A stretch of DNA of 64,000 nucleotides, taken from Eledone cirrhosa (lineage: Eukaryota). Where the stretch lies: the NCBI GenBank assembly GCA_964016885.1, contig OZ024740.1, positions 359,476,001 through 359,540,000 on the forward strand, in the 5' to 3' direction. The position numbers were made by a program, and so were the translations under genes. This document shows, one piece after another, positions 1 to 11,949 of the stretch (positions are counted from its first letter, which is position 1; each line of letters starts with the position of its first letter). A model generated the notes under the pieces. That model was not told where the DNA came from, made no database searches, and saw nothing but the letters and a program-made list of their open reading frames with translations.

Positions 1-819
1 TAGGTGCTGTATTTGACTGAGCTAATGAAAATAATATGTCATTCAAAATTACAATATTTTATGTCCCCCGTCCCCGTCGCTATTACAAACGAAAAATATC
101 TAACTATCTTATTCTACTTTGTACAAACAGGGAACAGTTCAAAACTCTAAACACGTTTGAGATCTGGCTGTAGCAATGTCTGCAGAAGCCTCTATCTCAG
201 AACAAATCCACAAATTTTTAACAATCTACGACGGACTCAGAGACAGTGTGTTGAGATCGTTTACGATGAGAGACTCGAAATTTTGAAAATCTCTTGTTTT
301 GAGCAGGTTAGACTACAGCTCACAACTTTGGTTTACTTCTAATTCAAACCTTACCTACTAATTGGTGTATATGGTGTAAGGGTGTATATGAGCCAGTGTG
401 TGTGTGTGTGTACAAGCACTCGTGTAGGGAAAGAGCTTGTTTGTGTGTATAAATGTGTGTTTGTGAGTGAGTGTGTATCTGTGTGTGTACATATGGGTAC
501 GTGTATATGTGTGTGCGGGGGGTGGGGGTATATGTATATGTCTGTACATGTTTGTGTGTACGGGCATATATACGCGTGTGCATGTGTATGCACATGTATG
601 TGTGTGTGTGTGTTGATGTATATAGGCATGTGGGTATATGTCTGTGTGTATAAGTGCCTCTCTGGATGCATGTATGCGTATATTGATATGTTCTCCTTAA
701 ATGTGTGTGTATAGCGGGCGTCTATGCGTACGACTGTCATTATCTCTGTGCTTGTGTGTGTGTGTGTGCGCGCGCGCGTGGATGTGTGAACAACCAAACA
801 CATCAGTAATTTATTGAAC

Positions 820-1132
820 TGTAGCAGACATGGGACAGCTAACGCCCTGATGGTCAGCGGACAGGTACCTGTGGTCAGAATTATGATGACGTCGACAACC
901 AGCGGCCAATCACAGGACGCGCGAAGAGGATGAAGTTTTTGACGGTACTGGCGCAGACGGTCAGATACCCCAGTGAGAGAATATGCTCCGAAATCATTAA
1001 ACGTGTCCGTCGAACCTGCGGGTCCAGAATCAGACAGATCCGCAGAATGATCGCGTCTCGAGCTGTTCGCCGGGGAAACAATTGTAACACACAATAAATT
1101 GAGGTCAGATGCATCACTAATTTTTCGTTTTC

Positions 1133-1135
<3 letters not shown>
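820..1135. repeat. Unclassified interspersed repeat, copy 1
   Basis: Diverged second copy at 1830-2135 (shared agctgttcgcc.g.gaaacaattgtaa, tgcatcact..tt.ttcgttttctatt). Confidence 0.65.
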
Positions 1136-1164
<29 letters not shown>

Positions 1165-1165
<1 letters not shown>

Positions 1166-1747
1166 ACTTTCTTTTTATTTGCCACCAGGGCATCAAAGAG
1201 TGGGACAAGTACAATGGGGTGAGTTTATATAAAAAGGCGTCTTCACTAAGGAGGAGGCAATAACAAAATATAAAAATATAAAATATAAAATATAAAATAT
1301 AACGAAAATAAATGGAATAACAAAATCCTCAATAGGGAGGAGGCGCCTTGGGGGGGTCGCACCCCCCCCCCCCGAAAAAAGTGTGCAACCCTTCTCCTCA
1401 GGAGCACAGAGAGAAGGTGCTCCCTTGATCTTTCATCTTTCTCACCTACAGTCTGATGTAGTGTGAAGGCCCATTCACACGGGCCATTCTCGCCACTTTC
1501 ACCCATCTTTCATAGAAACAGCTGGGGTGCAGCACCTCTCTCTCTATCCTGATCCTTCTTCCGAAATGATATCGGAAGAAACGGACCAGTTGTTGGCCAG
1601 AGAGAAAGGTGTCTGACCTCAGTCCTTTCAGATGCGTCCACCATACAACCTCTTTCGCCATGGCTATTACGCACAGAAACACCGCCTTTCCTTCGTTTTT
1701 GAAGAGAGGAGGCGGCTTGATCGTTACAATAGACTCGGTGGTCAACC
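1165..1747 (-). mobile_element. 3' fragment of the same Tx1-like LINE family
   Basis: Close copy of about 5695-6260 (MAKEVVWWT.LKGLRS.TFLSGQQLVRFF); (TA)n on both sides. Confidence 0.88.
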
Positions 1748-1829
1748 GATATATATATATATATTCATAAAAACTCTACTACACATAGCAGTAATTTTGC
1801 CGATAGGATTGGGGTGAGTGACATCTCAC

Positions 1830-2135
1830 GCTTGAATGGAGATGGCCAGTAGGAAGATTTCAGTAGTCAAGCACTTGATGGCGTCACGAACTATCAACCA
1901 ATCTAAGTGCCGCGCAAACAGGATGAAGGCAGATGATAAACATTCGAAGGGTCGGAGCCCAGTAGAAAGAGAATTTGCTTCGAAATCACTAGACGTATCT
2001 GAGGAACTTGCGAATCCAGAGTCAGGTTCGATCCACAAACAGATCGCACCTCCAGCTGTTCGCCGGAGAAACAATTGTAATACGTAATAAATTGTGTTCC
2101 AATGCATCACTGATTCTTCGTTTTCTATTATATAT
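1830..2135. repeat. Unclassified interspersed repeat, copy 2
   Basis: Aligns by eye to 820-1135. Confidence 0.65.
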
Positions 2136-2139
2136 AGAG

Positions 2140-2690
2140 CACCCTGGTGGGGTGTTGCTCTTCGGGCTGTTGGTCATGTGGGCCTTCATGTTCTTAGCGC
2201 AGGAGTATCTTAGTTTTACTTTGTGTCGGTTAAAGATGGAGCAGTATTTATGACCTATGGGAAGTGTCTATCTAAGAGGGGTAGAAATTGTTTGCCTACA
2301 TTCGTTTTAACGTTGAGTGAGAAGGGAGGCGAGAACCAGATAGTTTGTTTATTGCTACGCTTTCTTTTCTTATTGCTGTTGTTTTTAGTGGGAGGGTGTG
2401 ATAGGCCACTGTTAGCTAACGCCATGTTATAGTAGGGTGCCGCCCTGTCAAAGATAGCCTTATTAGAGGAGAGTTTTGAGATTCTAGTACTGATATTCTT
2501 AACGAATTTCTAAAAACAGTGGGAGGGTGGCATGAGTCCTTGTGAATGTAATTGAGTTTTTCGTTTAGCTTATGGAAGGGTCTGTAGGTGTGTGTGCGAA
2601 GGTCTAAATTAATGTCTAAGAAATCTACGCTAGAGAGGTTGGTGGCTACTGTTTGAATTACAACATCCTAATTTTCTTATCAACTAGAAA
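2140..2690 (-). mobile_element. Decayed Penelope-like (Naiad-type) RT thumb/linker fragment
   Basis: Minus-strand translation gives VDFLDINLDL..YRPFHK.NEKLNYIH..S.HP, RISKLSSNKAIFD.AAPYYN.ALA.SG and PPFSLNVKTNVGK, homologous to ORF 60565-62496. Confidence 0.85.
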
Positions 2691-2815
2691 CGTTCGGACT
2701 TTCGCAGTTATCTCCCTTACACCTCTCCCACGCAATTTAGTATTGTCTGTGTGAAGTGATCGTTTCTGCGCATGCGCGTTCGTACGGTTGTCCTTCCCGT
2801 TCCGTATAGCCATGT

Positions 2816-2865
2816 CCATTACGAGCTGAGGATCCGCTAAGGTGAAATAATTGTTCTCGGTATGG
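2816..2865 (+). ncRNA. Minimal type I hammerhead ribozyme in an inverted PLE pLTR
   Basis: cgag-CTGAGGA(2826-2832)-tccgctaaggt-GAAA-taattg-TT/ctcg. Stem I cgag:ctcg extends to ccat:atgg; stem III loop aatt is palindromic; stem II is weak. Confidence 0.7.
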
Positions 2866-3200
2866 TGAACTAACTGTTGTGTAACCACTTCTACCTAATT
2901 CGTCCCATGGACTGACTGCTCTACCACTATATATATATAAATATAAATTAGTGAGAATCGTATTTCAGCCTAGGAATTAACGAAAAACAACTTCCGAGAT
3001 ATGTGTGTGTATGAGGGAGGAAATATGTATGAGTTGTTATTTCTCTTATCAAGTCGACATGAAATACTAGTTGAATATCACAGAACTTGACGGATATCTA
3101 TATTCTCCAGTATCTAGAGTAGTATAGCAGTATAACAAAACAGAATAGTTCTGATTGAGTACAAACCATTAAGTTAGATAAACGTTAGACAGTTCCTAAT

Positions 3201-3285
<85 letters not shown>

Positions 3286-3623
3286 AAATATCTAATTTCG
3301 CCGTTATTTGGTGAAATGTAATCTGATTTTGTTGAGAATACATATGAGGTAAATATATTGATCATTATCAGGTATTGTTTTAATTTTTTATAAAATTTAA
3401 TAGGATACTCAACGAAATATGTAATCTTACATTCAGTGCAGATTGTCTCTAGTTAAGTTTTGATATATCTTAATACATACTTATGTGTGTATGTATATAT
3501 TTCATTCACTTTCTTATAATGATTAAGGCTCGATTTTATTCTCTGAATTCTATCTTGAGCTGTTTTTTGAAACAAGACATATATTTGATTTTGTATCATC
3601 ATGACATCCTTTACTTTGAATGT

Positions 3624-3691
<68 letters not shown>

Positions 3692-3859
3692 GGAAGCAGA
3701 AAATTGCTTATTGTGATCCAGTTCGTGTGTTTTCTCTTTTATTATATATATATATATATATATATGGGCGCGCTGCTGATCGCTTTCGATGTCCTGTTTT
3801 AAGCGCCGAAACATCTATGATCTGCAGTTGACGGCTGATGAAGGGGTTCTTCTCTTCTT

Positions 3860-4092
3860 TCAATCGTAAGTTCGTGAGTTCGACATTTTATTTCGCGTTG
3901 TTCCAGTCCACTCAGCTGGTAAAAATGAGTTGTATCTGTAGTTCGCAGTGTCAGCTTTGTCACATTCTGTGTTACGCTGAATCTCCCTATGAACTACGTT
4001 AAGGGTACACGTGTCTGTGGAGTGTTCAGCCATTTGCACGTTAATTTCACGAGCAAAGTTTCGTTGATCGGATCAACTGGAACACTCGTCGT
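3860..4092 (+). mobile_element. tRNA-derived SINE, family A, partial
   Basis: gagttcga box B and body ttttatttcgcgttg.tccagtccactcagctgg...aagggtacacgtgtctgtgga, shared with 4195-4490, 21275-21432 and the 52.3-52.7 kb copies. Confidence 0.7.
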
Positions 4093-4192
<100 letters not shown>

Positions 4193-4194
4193 CG

Positions 4195-4490
4195 TGCGTG
4201 GCTTCATTGTTAGTGTGTTCGACTTACAATCGTAATTTTGTGATTTCGATTCTTGGAGATGTGTTGTGGCCTTCAGCAAGACGTTTTATTTCACGTTGCA
4301 CCAGTCAATTCAGCTAGAAAACTACTGATTCAAGGAGCTAGCCTTCACACAAATTGTCACACTGAATCCCTATGAGAATTACGTTAAAGGTACACATGTC
4401 GTCTATTGAATGCTCAGCCACTTGCACATTAACTTCACGAAGATGCTGTTCCTTCCGTTGAACAAATAACTGGAACACTCATCGTCGGAA
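4195..4490 (+). mobile_element. tRNA-derived SINE, family A (CORE-like centre)
   Basis: Degenerate A/B boxes, then gtgttgtggccttcagcaagacgttttatttcacgttg. Confidence 0.7.
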
Positions 4491-4749
4491 GTCTAACATA
4501 CATGCATGTGTAAGCGTGTGTGTGTGCGTGTATGTGCATGTGTGTGTGCGTGCGTATGTGTGTATCATGTTTCTAGTGAACGCTGCTTGTAACTTGTAGC
4601 CCACCGGAGAAACACCTTCTCTATTCTGTCCGCCGGGGCCGTGGAGCGGCCAGCACGTGGGACCCCATTTGCTCCTTATAGTGAGAGATGGGGAGGGGGT
4701 GGGAGATGGAGGTGATGAGTGTCAGACACCATGTTTTGCAGTATAGGGT

Positions 4750-4885
4750 TATGGCTCTTTGCGTTCTGTGTTCAAATCCACCTGATATTAACTTTGCTTT
4801 TCATCCTTACGGGGTCGATCAAATAAAACACCAGTTATGCACTGGGGTAATTGCTGGCCTTGTGCCAAAAGTAGAAACAATCATT
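4750..4885 (+). mobile_element. tRNA-derived SINE, family B
   Basis: gttcaaatcc...actttgcttttcatccttacggggtcgat..aataaa..accag...ttgctggccttgtgccaaaagtagaaacaat. Confidence 0.75.
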
Positions 4886-5309
4886 ATTACTTTATTATTA
4901 TTTTTTTGTTGTTGTTACTACTATAGCGATCAGGCATTGTCGAACAGACAAAATAATGTTTAAACAGGACATGTGACAATGGGTTCTGAGGGGTTTGGTT
5001 CTGTGTGGCATTGATTAAAATTGTCCATCAAGTAGCAGAAACACCGACAACAACAACAGCTGTAATAACGATAACATCATGAACAACAACAACAGTGACA
5101 ATTCACCTGCTGCAAGGCCTGGTCGTTGGTGAATAAACCGGTAACCTATCAACTTTGCTTGGGGGGGGGGGGGACACCGAGGGCCATATGGGTCACATGT
5201 ATGTTGTCTGAGGGCCACACATGACAACTAATTGCGCACATTTCAACTAATATTTTTTTTATTTTATATTACGCTCGCACTGTAAAAACCTTTGTGCGTG
5301 CCGCAGGTG

Positions 5310-5361
5310 TGCTTGTACAGAGCCGCATGCGGGCCGCGGGCCGCATGTTTGACATGCCTGC
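5310..5361. mobile_element. hAT-type MITE terminus
   Basis: gcgggccgcgggccgcatgtttgacatgcctg resembles a Charlie/hAT terminal repeat; the partner end was not identified. Confidence 0.5.
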
Positions 5362-5689
5362 CTTAGAGGATGAAAAACAAAACTAGTCACAAGTCGAAAG
5401 AACTCACTAGAGTCTATGGTCATCCAGTAGCATGTGCATATGTTTGTACATATCAATGTTTGTTTACATATTTATGTAAATACACATGAGAGAAGACTTG
5501 AAACCTGTGGTGTGTGTAGTCTCTGGCCATCTTACTTTGCTTTTACTTGTTGCAATCCTAGCATTTAAAGATTGGCTTTTGTCACTATAGAATCTGATAA
5601 GTATCTACTTTTTGAGCTCATATTTATTTTTTATTTTTTTATTTTCTTCTTTTTGTACTACACCCTCTTAGATAGAAAAATAAATAGAT

Positions 5690-8047
5690 AGATATGTTTC
5701 TTTTATTTGCCACTAGGGCATCAAAAGTGGGACAAGTACAAAGGGGGGAGTTTACACAAAAAGGCGTCCTCAATAAGGAGGAGGCAATAACAAAATATAA
5801 AAATAAAATAAGATATAACAAAAAATAAAATTTATAACAAAATCCTCAATAGAGAGGAGGCGCCTTGGGGGGTCGCACACACCCCCGAAAAAAGTGTGCA
5901 ACCCTTTTCCTCAGGAGCACAGAGAGGGGGTGCTCCCTCGTTCCTTCCTCTTTTCCACCTACAGGCTTATGTAAAGAGAAGGCCCATTCACACGGGCCAT
6001 TCTCGCCACTTTCACCCACCTTTCATAAAAACGACTGGGGTGCAGCACCTCTCTCTCCATCCTGATCCTTCTTCCGAAATGATATCGGAAGAAACGGACC
6101 AGTTGTTGGCCAGAGAGAAAGGTGCCTGACCTCAGTCCTTTCAGACGCGTCCACCATACAACCTCTTTCGCCATGGCTATTACGCACAGAAACACCGCCT
6201 CTGCTTCATCTTTGAAGGGGGGAGGCGGCTTGATCATTACAATAGACTCGGTGGTCAACCGGATCGGTCCCACCCTTGACATGACAGCAGTTGTTCGACA
6301 TAGCCCCACAGATCGGCTACGCCCGAGCAGTGTACCAATGCGTGTGCAACGTTTTCCTCGTCGCACACGCATCTGGGACAGATCTTTTTGGCGGGGTCCC
6401 TACCCGGGCGCCCGTGTCTGTGGAGCCTTTCTCGAACGGGTAAAGCCCCTCGGTAGCACTGCCAGGCCAGGGACTTCTGGAAGTTGTCCATAGGTCCCGG
6501 GCTGAATGTCCTACCGAACAGGCTGGCCAGTTCGTCTTCCTCCATGTCTAGGGCTTCTCCGAGGGCGTCGTCGCACCTGCTGCGTACCAGCCCTCTATAG
6601 AATGTTGCGGTGGAGTCTCCACTGATAACCGGATCCGCCTGCCAGAGGGCGGTGAGCGCCTGGGCACACTCACTGTGCCAGGCGCCCAGTTTTCTCGGTC
6701 TTTGCTTGACCCAGGATTGCAGCTCGGTGAGTGAGACGAGTCTGGGAAAGGTTCGTCTCACAAACGAGGCCCACACCGGTTGTCCGGTGAGGAATACGTA
6801 GAGGTGCCGTAGCCTTAATGCGTGTTTACGCATCACTAGCCACGGCATCCCCAGCCCTCCTTTCGAAGGGTGTTGACAGCAGATGGATCTCCTCACCATA
6901 GGAGCCCGCCTCTTCCAAAGGAATTGGAAGAGCGCGCGCTCCATCTTGGTGAGGGTTTCCCTTGGGCAGGGCACTACGGTCAGGTGGTAGTAGATGACGG
7001 ACGCTATATAAGTGTTCGCCACCTCCGCCCGACCTTTCAGGGATAGTTTGCAACTGGCCCACTTCTGGGTCAGTGCAAACACCCTGTTCGTAACCTCCAC
7101 CCAGTTTTTCTCCACCTGGAGGTCCGGTCCGAACCAGACCCCGAGCAACTTCACCGGGCCCTCCGTCCAGCGTCCGACGACGCCATCGGAGGGCATCGGT
7201 CTGCCCCTCCACGTGCCGAGTTGCAAACCGATCGATTTGTCCCGGTTCAGCTTAGCCCCTGTGAACTTTTCGTACTCCTCCAGTAAGGTGCCGACCGCCT
7301 CGATTTCGGAGGCCGTCGACACCATTACTGTCACGTCATCGGCGTAGGCTGACACCGCTTTCCGCAATCCCGGTTCCAAAGGGATGCCCTGCAACAACTC
7401 CAACTTCCGCAGTAGTGGCTCGAGAGTCAACACATACAGAAGGGAGGAGAGAGGGCACCCTTGTCGGATGGACCGCGCGATTTTGAACGGCTCCGAGAGG
7501 TAGCCGTTCACCTTGACCCTAGAGCAGATGCGGCTGCTGTGCATAGCAGTGATCCAGCCCCTGAAAACGGGTCCGAAGCCTGCCGCCGCTAGCACCGCAT
7601 CCAGGTAACCATGGTCGACCCTATCGAACGCCTTAGATTGATCCAAGTTGATCAGAGCCCCACCAAAGCCGGGTTCGTTCCCAACCCTCTCTATGATGTA
7701 TCGCATGAGGTGGAGGTTGTCATGGATGGACCTGGACGGGATAGCGCATGTCTGCGCATCTCCCACCAGGTTGCCCACGACAAGCGCCAACCTCTTTGCT
7801 AGCACCTTGGCCAAAATCTGTAACTCTGTATTTAGCAGAGTTATGGGCCTGAAGTTACTTATTTCGTCCCCCTTGTTCTCGTCCTTCCTCACTAGCGTGA
7901 CTACGCCCTTGGTCACAGTACAGGGAATTCTCCCGTTCTGTTGCCAGTTGCAGTAGACCGCCTCGAGGAGATCGGGGAACAAGTCCGGCATAGCTAGATA
8001 TAATTCGTAAGGAAGACCATCGAGACCCGGGGATTTGCGTTTGCCGC

Positions 8048-8049
<2 letters not shown>
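5690..8049 (-). mobile_element. 5'-truncated Tx1/L1-clade LINE (RT, CCHC knuckle, 3' UTR)
   Basis: ORF 6255-7991 has FRPITLLN, LDQSKAFDRV, RQGCPLS, AYADD and CPRC..H...HC. A frameshift near 6270 continues into ORF 5959-6372. KSPGLDG lies upstream, truncated at (GATA)n. Confidence 0.9.
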
Positions 8050-8139
<90 letters not shown>

Positions 8140-8159
8140 TAAATATCTATATCTATAGC

Positions 8160-8222
<63 letters not shown>
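8048..8222. repeat. (GATA)n microsatellite
   Basis: Seen directly. Confidence 0.98.
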
Positions 8223-8452
8223 GTTTTCTTTTACAAATTACTTTTCTTACCTTGTCAATTAGATTTAAAATATATTAAATTTCGATAAATCTATATCCAG
8301 AGTAAACTTGGTATATATTTGGTACACAGTCCTTGCTCATTACATACTCTATGCATTATAACTGGTATAATCCTGTTTCATGCCTTTTTTGTGTATTTTA
8401 TTATTCTTTATCGTAAATGATATTCTAAACATTGCTTTGTTTTCTCTTACAG

Positions 8453-10119
8453 TTTATGTCTGCTTCATTATGGTTTTTAATGGAACATCTTTCCTGGTCA
8501 TCATGTCATGTTATCTCAAAATGTATTGCGACATACGAGATTCGAAAGCATGGAATTCACCAGATGTTCGCGTTGCAAAGAGAATGTCTCTCCTTATTTT
8601 TACCGATTTTCTCTGTTGGATGCCAATCACAATTTTATCATTGACTGCAATGTTCGGAAAAGAATTAATTTCTCTTGAGGAGGCAAAGTTTTTTACGATA
8701 TTCGTCTTACCGCTGAACAGCTGCGCTAACCCTTTTCTTTACGCAATCTTCACAAAGCAGTTTAAACGTGATTGCACAAATTTCTGTCGTCGGTTGGAGG
8801 AGTCGACGATTTCTCAGGGTTATGGTCGATATGGTAACCGTCAACATCAGGCGTCTTGGGGATCTGTACGACTGGCTTCATTGTTGAAACTTTTCTCGAT
8901 CGATAAACGAGCGGCCAGTGACAAGGTAACTAGCAACAAGTATAGTATTGACGCCAAAGAAAATACTTGTGAAAGTACTTCTAAATGCTTCTGTCCTATC
9001 TGTGAAGAGTGTCTCAAGTTTCAGGTGACTGACAATGATAAATCCCTCGGCGAGCTCAGTAAACAGATAACAGCTGACATCGTTCTAACAGCATGTAAAT
9101 CCCAGGAAAATGATGAGAAACTGCAATGTTTGAAAGATACAACAGCTTCGTGTTTGGCGGGAAGTTGTTCGGAAGAAGAGAAATTACTTAGTTGCAGTCA
9201 ACTCCTCCAGCAAGTATGCACGAGGTTTGAAGGTTCGAACTCAACAATGATCCCGCTAGAAACATTACATCATGGCTTGAGTAAACTAAATTCTCAATTA
9301 GAAGAAGAAGAAGCTTTAACGGGTAGTATTAATGGTATCACAGGAGAAGAAGTGAACTCTGATTCCTCTTCGTCATCGTCTTCATCTTCCGATACCGGCA
9401 TATCACAGACACGCTTTCAAACAGTATTACGTGATTTTAAGTGTGGGAAACGTTGTATAAATGGGGATCATTATAAACTCAATACACGTAGAGGTTGCCC
9501 TCAGTCGTGTCATCACACGTTATATTCACCGAAATGGGCACCGGTACATCAGCGATTAAAATGTAATTCCAGTTTATCTATTGTTCCAGAAGAAAAAACA
9601 GAAACTCTAACTCGTTCTAAAGTAAATGAAGGGGAATCTGAAGAGAAAGATACCCCAGACATCGAAGATGAAAAAGAAACGGATGAAAAAGGTGTTGGAG
9701 TTGTAGTAGTTGTAGATAAAATAGAAAATAAAGAGACAACTAATAGTGATGAAAAGACATTGTTATCTTCAACATCTCCATCACCTACTATTAAAAGACA
9801 AAACGGTTACATGCTTCTTTCAAGCTCAGTAAATTCCACATCCACCGAAAATGTTCAAGGCGAAGTGAACAGATCAAAGAAAGAAAATAAATTGTTTCCT
9901 CAAAAACACCTTAAACAACAACGATCAAACAGCATGTCCACTTTAAAAAGACACATACCTGAACATACAAATTTTCATCCACTTCGGCCGTGTTACAGTA
10001 ATGATTCGGTTCATTCTGCTAAACAGCCAAGCCTTCCTGTTATTAAAATCACTCCCATCGACAAAATTCCGTCCAGTAACACAAACAATCATTTATGTTC
10101 TAATGTTGTTCACAATTAA
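8453..10119 (+). CDS. rk: Terminal exon of a type B leucine-rich-repeat GPCR (rickets/LGR2, bursicon-receptor-like): TM5-TM7 plus a long cytoplasmic tail
   Basis: Translation has AWNSPDVRVAKRMSLLIFTDFLCW (ICL3/TM6), ISLEEAKFFTIFVLPLNSCANPFLYAIFTKQFKRDC (TM7/helix 8) and CRRLEES, which resemble arthropod rickets from memory. Acceptor ttttctcttacAG ends at 8452 (phase 1); stop TAA at 10117-10119. Upstream exons were not found in the window. Orthology is inferred. Confidence 0.85.
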
Positions 10120-10782
10120 ACGTTATATATTGAACTTTAATCTGTTTAAAAGCTCTTTTCAAGTGTTGTTTTGTTGTTTATTTTATTATTGTGTTGCGTA
10201 TATTTTACCTCTTACAGACAAGATTGCTGAATAGACAGAATCGACGTCAAAATACCTTGTGGTATTTGTTCCGGCTCTCTGCTTTTCAACTTTTCGGGAT
10301 TGATAAAATGAAGTACAAATCCAGGGTGGTTGATTAGCGGAATTGTTAACGTGTTGAAAGTGATGTCTTACGATATTCGTTCCTATTCTTTGCGTTCGGA
10401 GCTCTTAGGTTATAAATTTAATCCCTTACCAGTTATGGGGCCCTAAAAAATTAAGAGGGAATGGGAGTTACCCTTTCCTCACTGCGGTAAAAAAAAGAAA
10501 TTACTATTTCGATGACAGAAAAAAAAAATTTATTAAATGTTATACTAAATTAAATACTTTATTAGATTATAAAAATTACAAGAAGATGAAAAGTTTCGAT
10601 TTACTGAAACAGCTAAATTCAAAACAAATCAGAGAAAATGTTCATAATCTTGAATACAATATATCAGTATGACCCTGGAACCCAATACTAGAAACAATTA
10701 AAGAACAAAAGAAGTGTACTAGAAGAAAATTATGACTGAACCACCGGATGCGTGCCGAGCTGACACAGACCATTGAGAGTGT

Positions 10783-11509
10783 CCAGGGGGCACTGAGGCC
10801 TAAGGGAGTGGTGTAGGGGCGGTAGAGATGATATAGTAGTATATCAAATATCAAATGATACATTTTATATATATAGTAAAATTTAAAAAAAATATAATAT
10901 TTATTTATACTTAGTATATATTATACTAGCAGTAAAGCCCGGCGTTGCTCGGGGCTGCTCAGTAGCTGAGTTAAAGTTACAATGTTAAGTTCCTGTCTTG
11001 GCTTAAAAACTGTAGAGTCTATAGTGTAGACTTTCATGTGGTACTTTTGATTAATATTCCCTCAACCAACAGTATGCCTTATGAAGTTAAGAAAACATAA
11101 CCATAACCCGAATGTTAAAACAAAAGAGGATGCTGGGGATAAAAACTGCACTGGTAATCTATTAACAAAAAATCGAAAATGTAAACACTGCAACACTTGT
11201 CTCAGAGAAAAACATCAGCGTAACCAAACTATCAGTTATTTTGAAACAAAGAAATTGGATGGAAATGAAAAAAAAAAAAAAAAAATGCGTTATCTGTCTG
11301 TCGTTTAAAATCATTACTTCTAAATGAAAATCTCTGAGCAGCCCCGAGCAACGCCGGGCTTTACTGCAAGTTATGTATAAATTAACGATTTTATTTGTAT
11401 ATTATTTACAATTTGGGTGCTGGCAGTTCTCTCTAGAACTAGGGGTGGGGGCGCTGAGTATATTACGTGGCCGTGAGGGGGCGGTAACCCAAACGTTTAG
11501 GAACCTCTG
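10783..11509 (-). mobile_element. hAT-type MITE (same family as 30430-30747), split by a nested insertion
   Basis: The segments flanking 10925-11371 align to the reverse complement of 30430-30747; the copy ends gtttaggaacctctg. Confidence 0.75.
10925..11371. mobile_element. Non-autonomous element with 38-bp TIRs resembling Helitron 3' ends
   Basis: actagcagtaaagcccggcgttgctcggggctgctcag (10925-10962) is the reverse complement of 11334-11371 with one mismatch. Confidence 0.8.
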
Positions 11510-11949
11510 CTCTAAATAATACATATTCATGATTTACTTGTATAAGTAGGTGAGAAAAGGATAGATAATGAACAAACTAGAGAGTAAGTATGCATTCATT
11601 ACACTTAATTTCCTAACACTTAGTTCTTACGAACCTTTGACCATTTCTCTCCAATGTAGCACTTCTTTGAACAATACACTCGTATCCATAATTTATTAGC
11701 TTATAAACTTTTTATTCCAGTATCTAAGTCAGCACCGATGAAATGGGATAAATAGAGATACCAGGCATCTGGGGATGTACAGAATAGTCTATATAAATTA
11801 ATTAAATGTAATGATTCTATTTATTTAAGTCATGTTTAGCCACAATTGTTGTTAGTTTTATGATGACGGCTGCTTTTAGATGCTTCATTATTCCTCTCTT
11901 CCTCACAAACTGTATACTGTTTAATTGACCAATCACATTTGATATTCTA

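Noticed and set aside
344-790. ORFs rich in YI/HT/CV/ER repeats here and at 3.2, 21.6, 39, 42, 51.5 and 54.5-57.4 kb
   Set aside because: They are translations of dinucleotide microsatellites, with no domain signal.
3835-3860. CTGATGA followed by a hairpin
   Set aside because: No GAAA, stem III or stem I follows; the sequence runs into a SINE.
8380-8452. ATG at 8380 as the GPCR start
   Set aside because: Homology begins after a clear splice acceptor at 8452, and TM1-4 and the LRR ectodomain are missing, so this part is intron.
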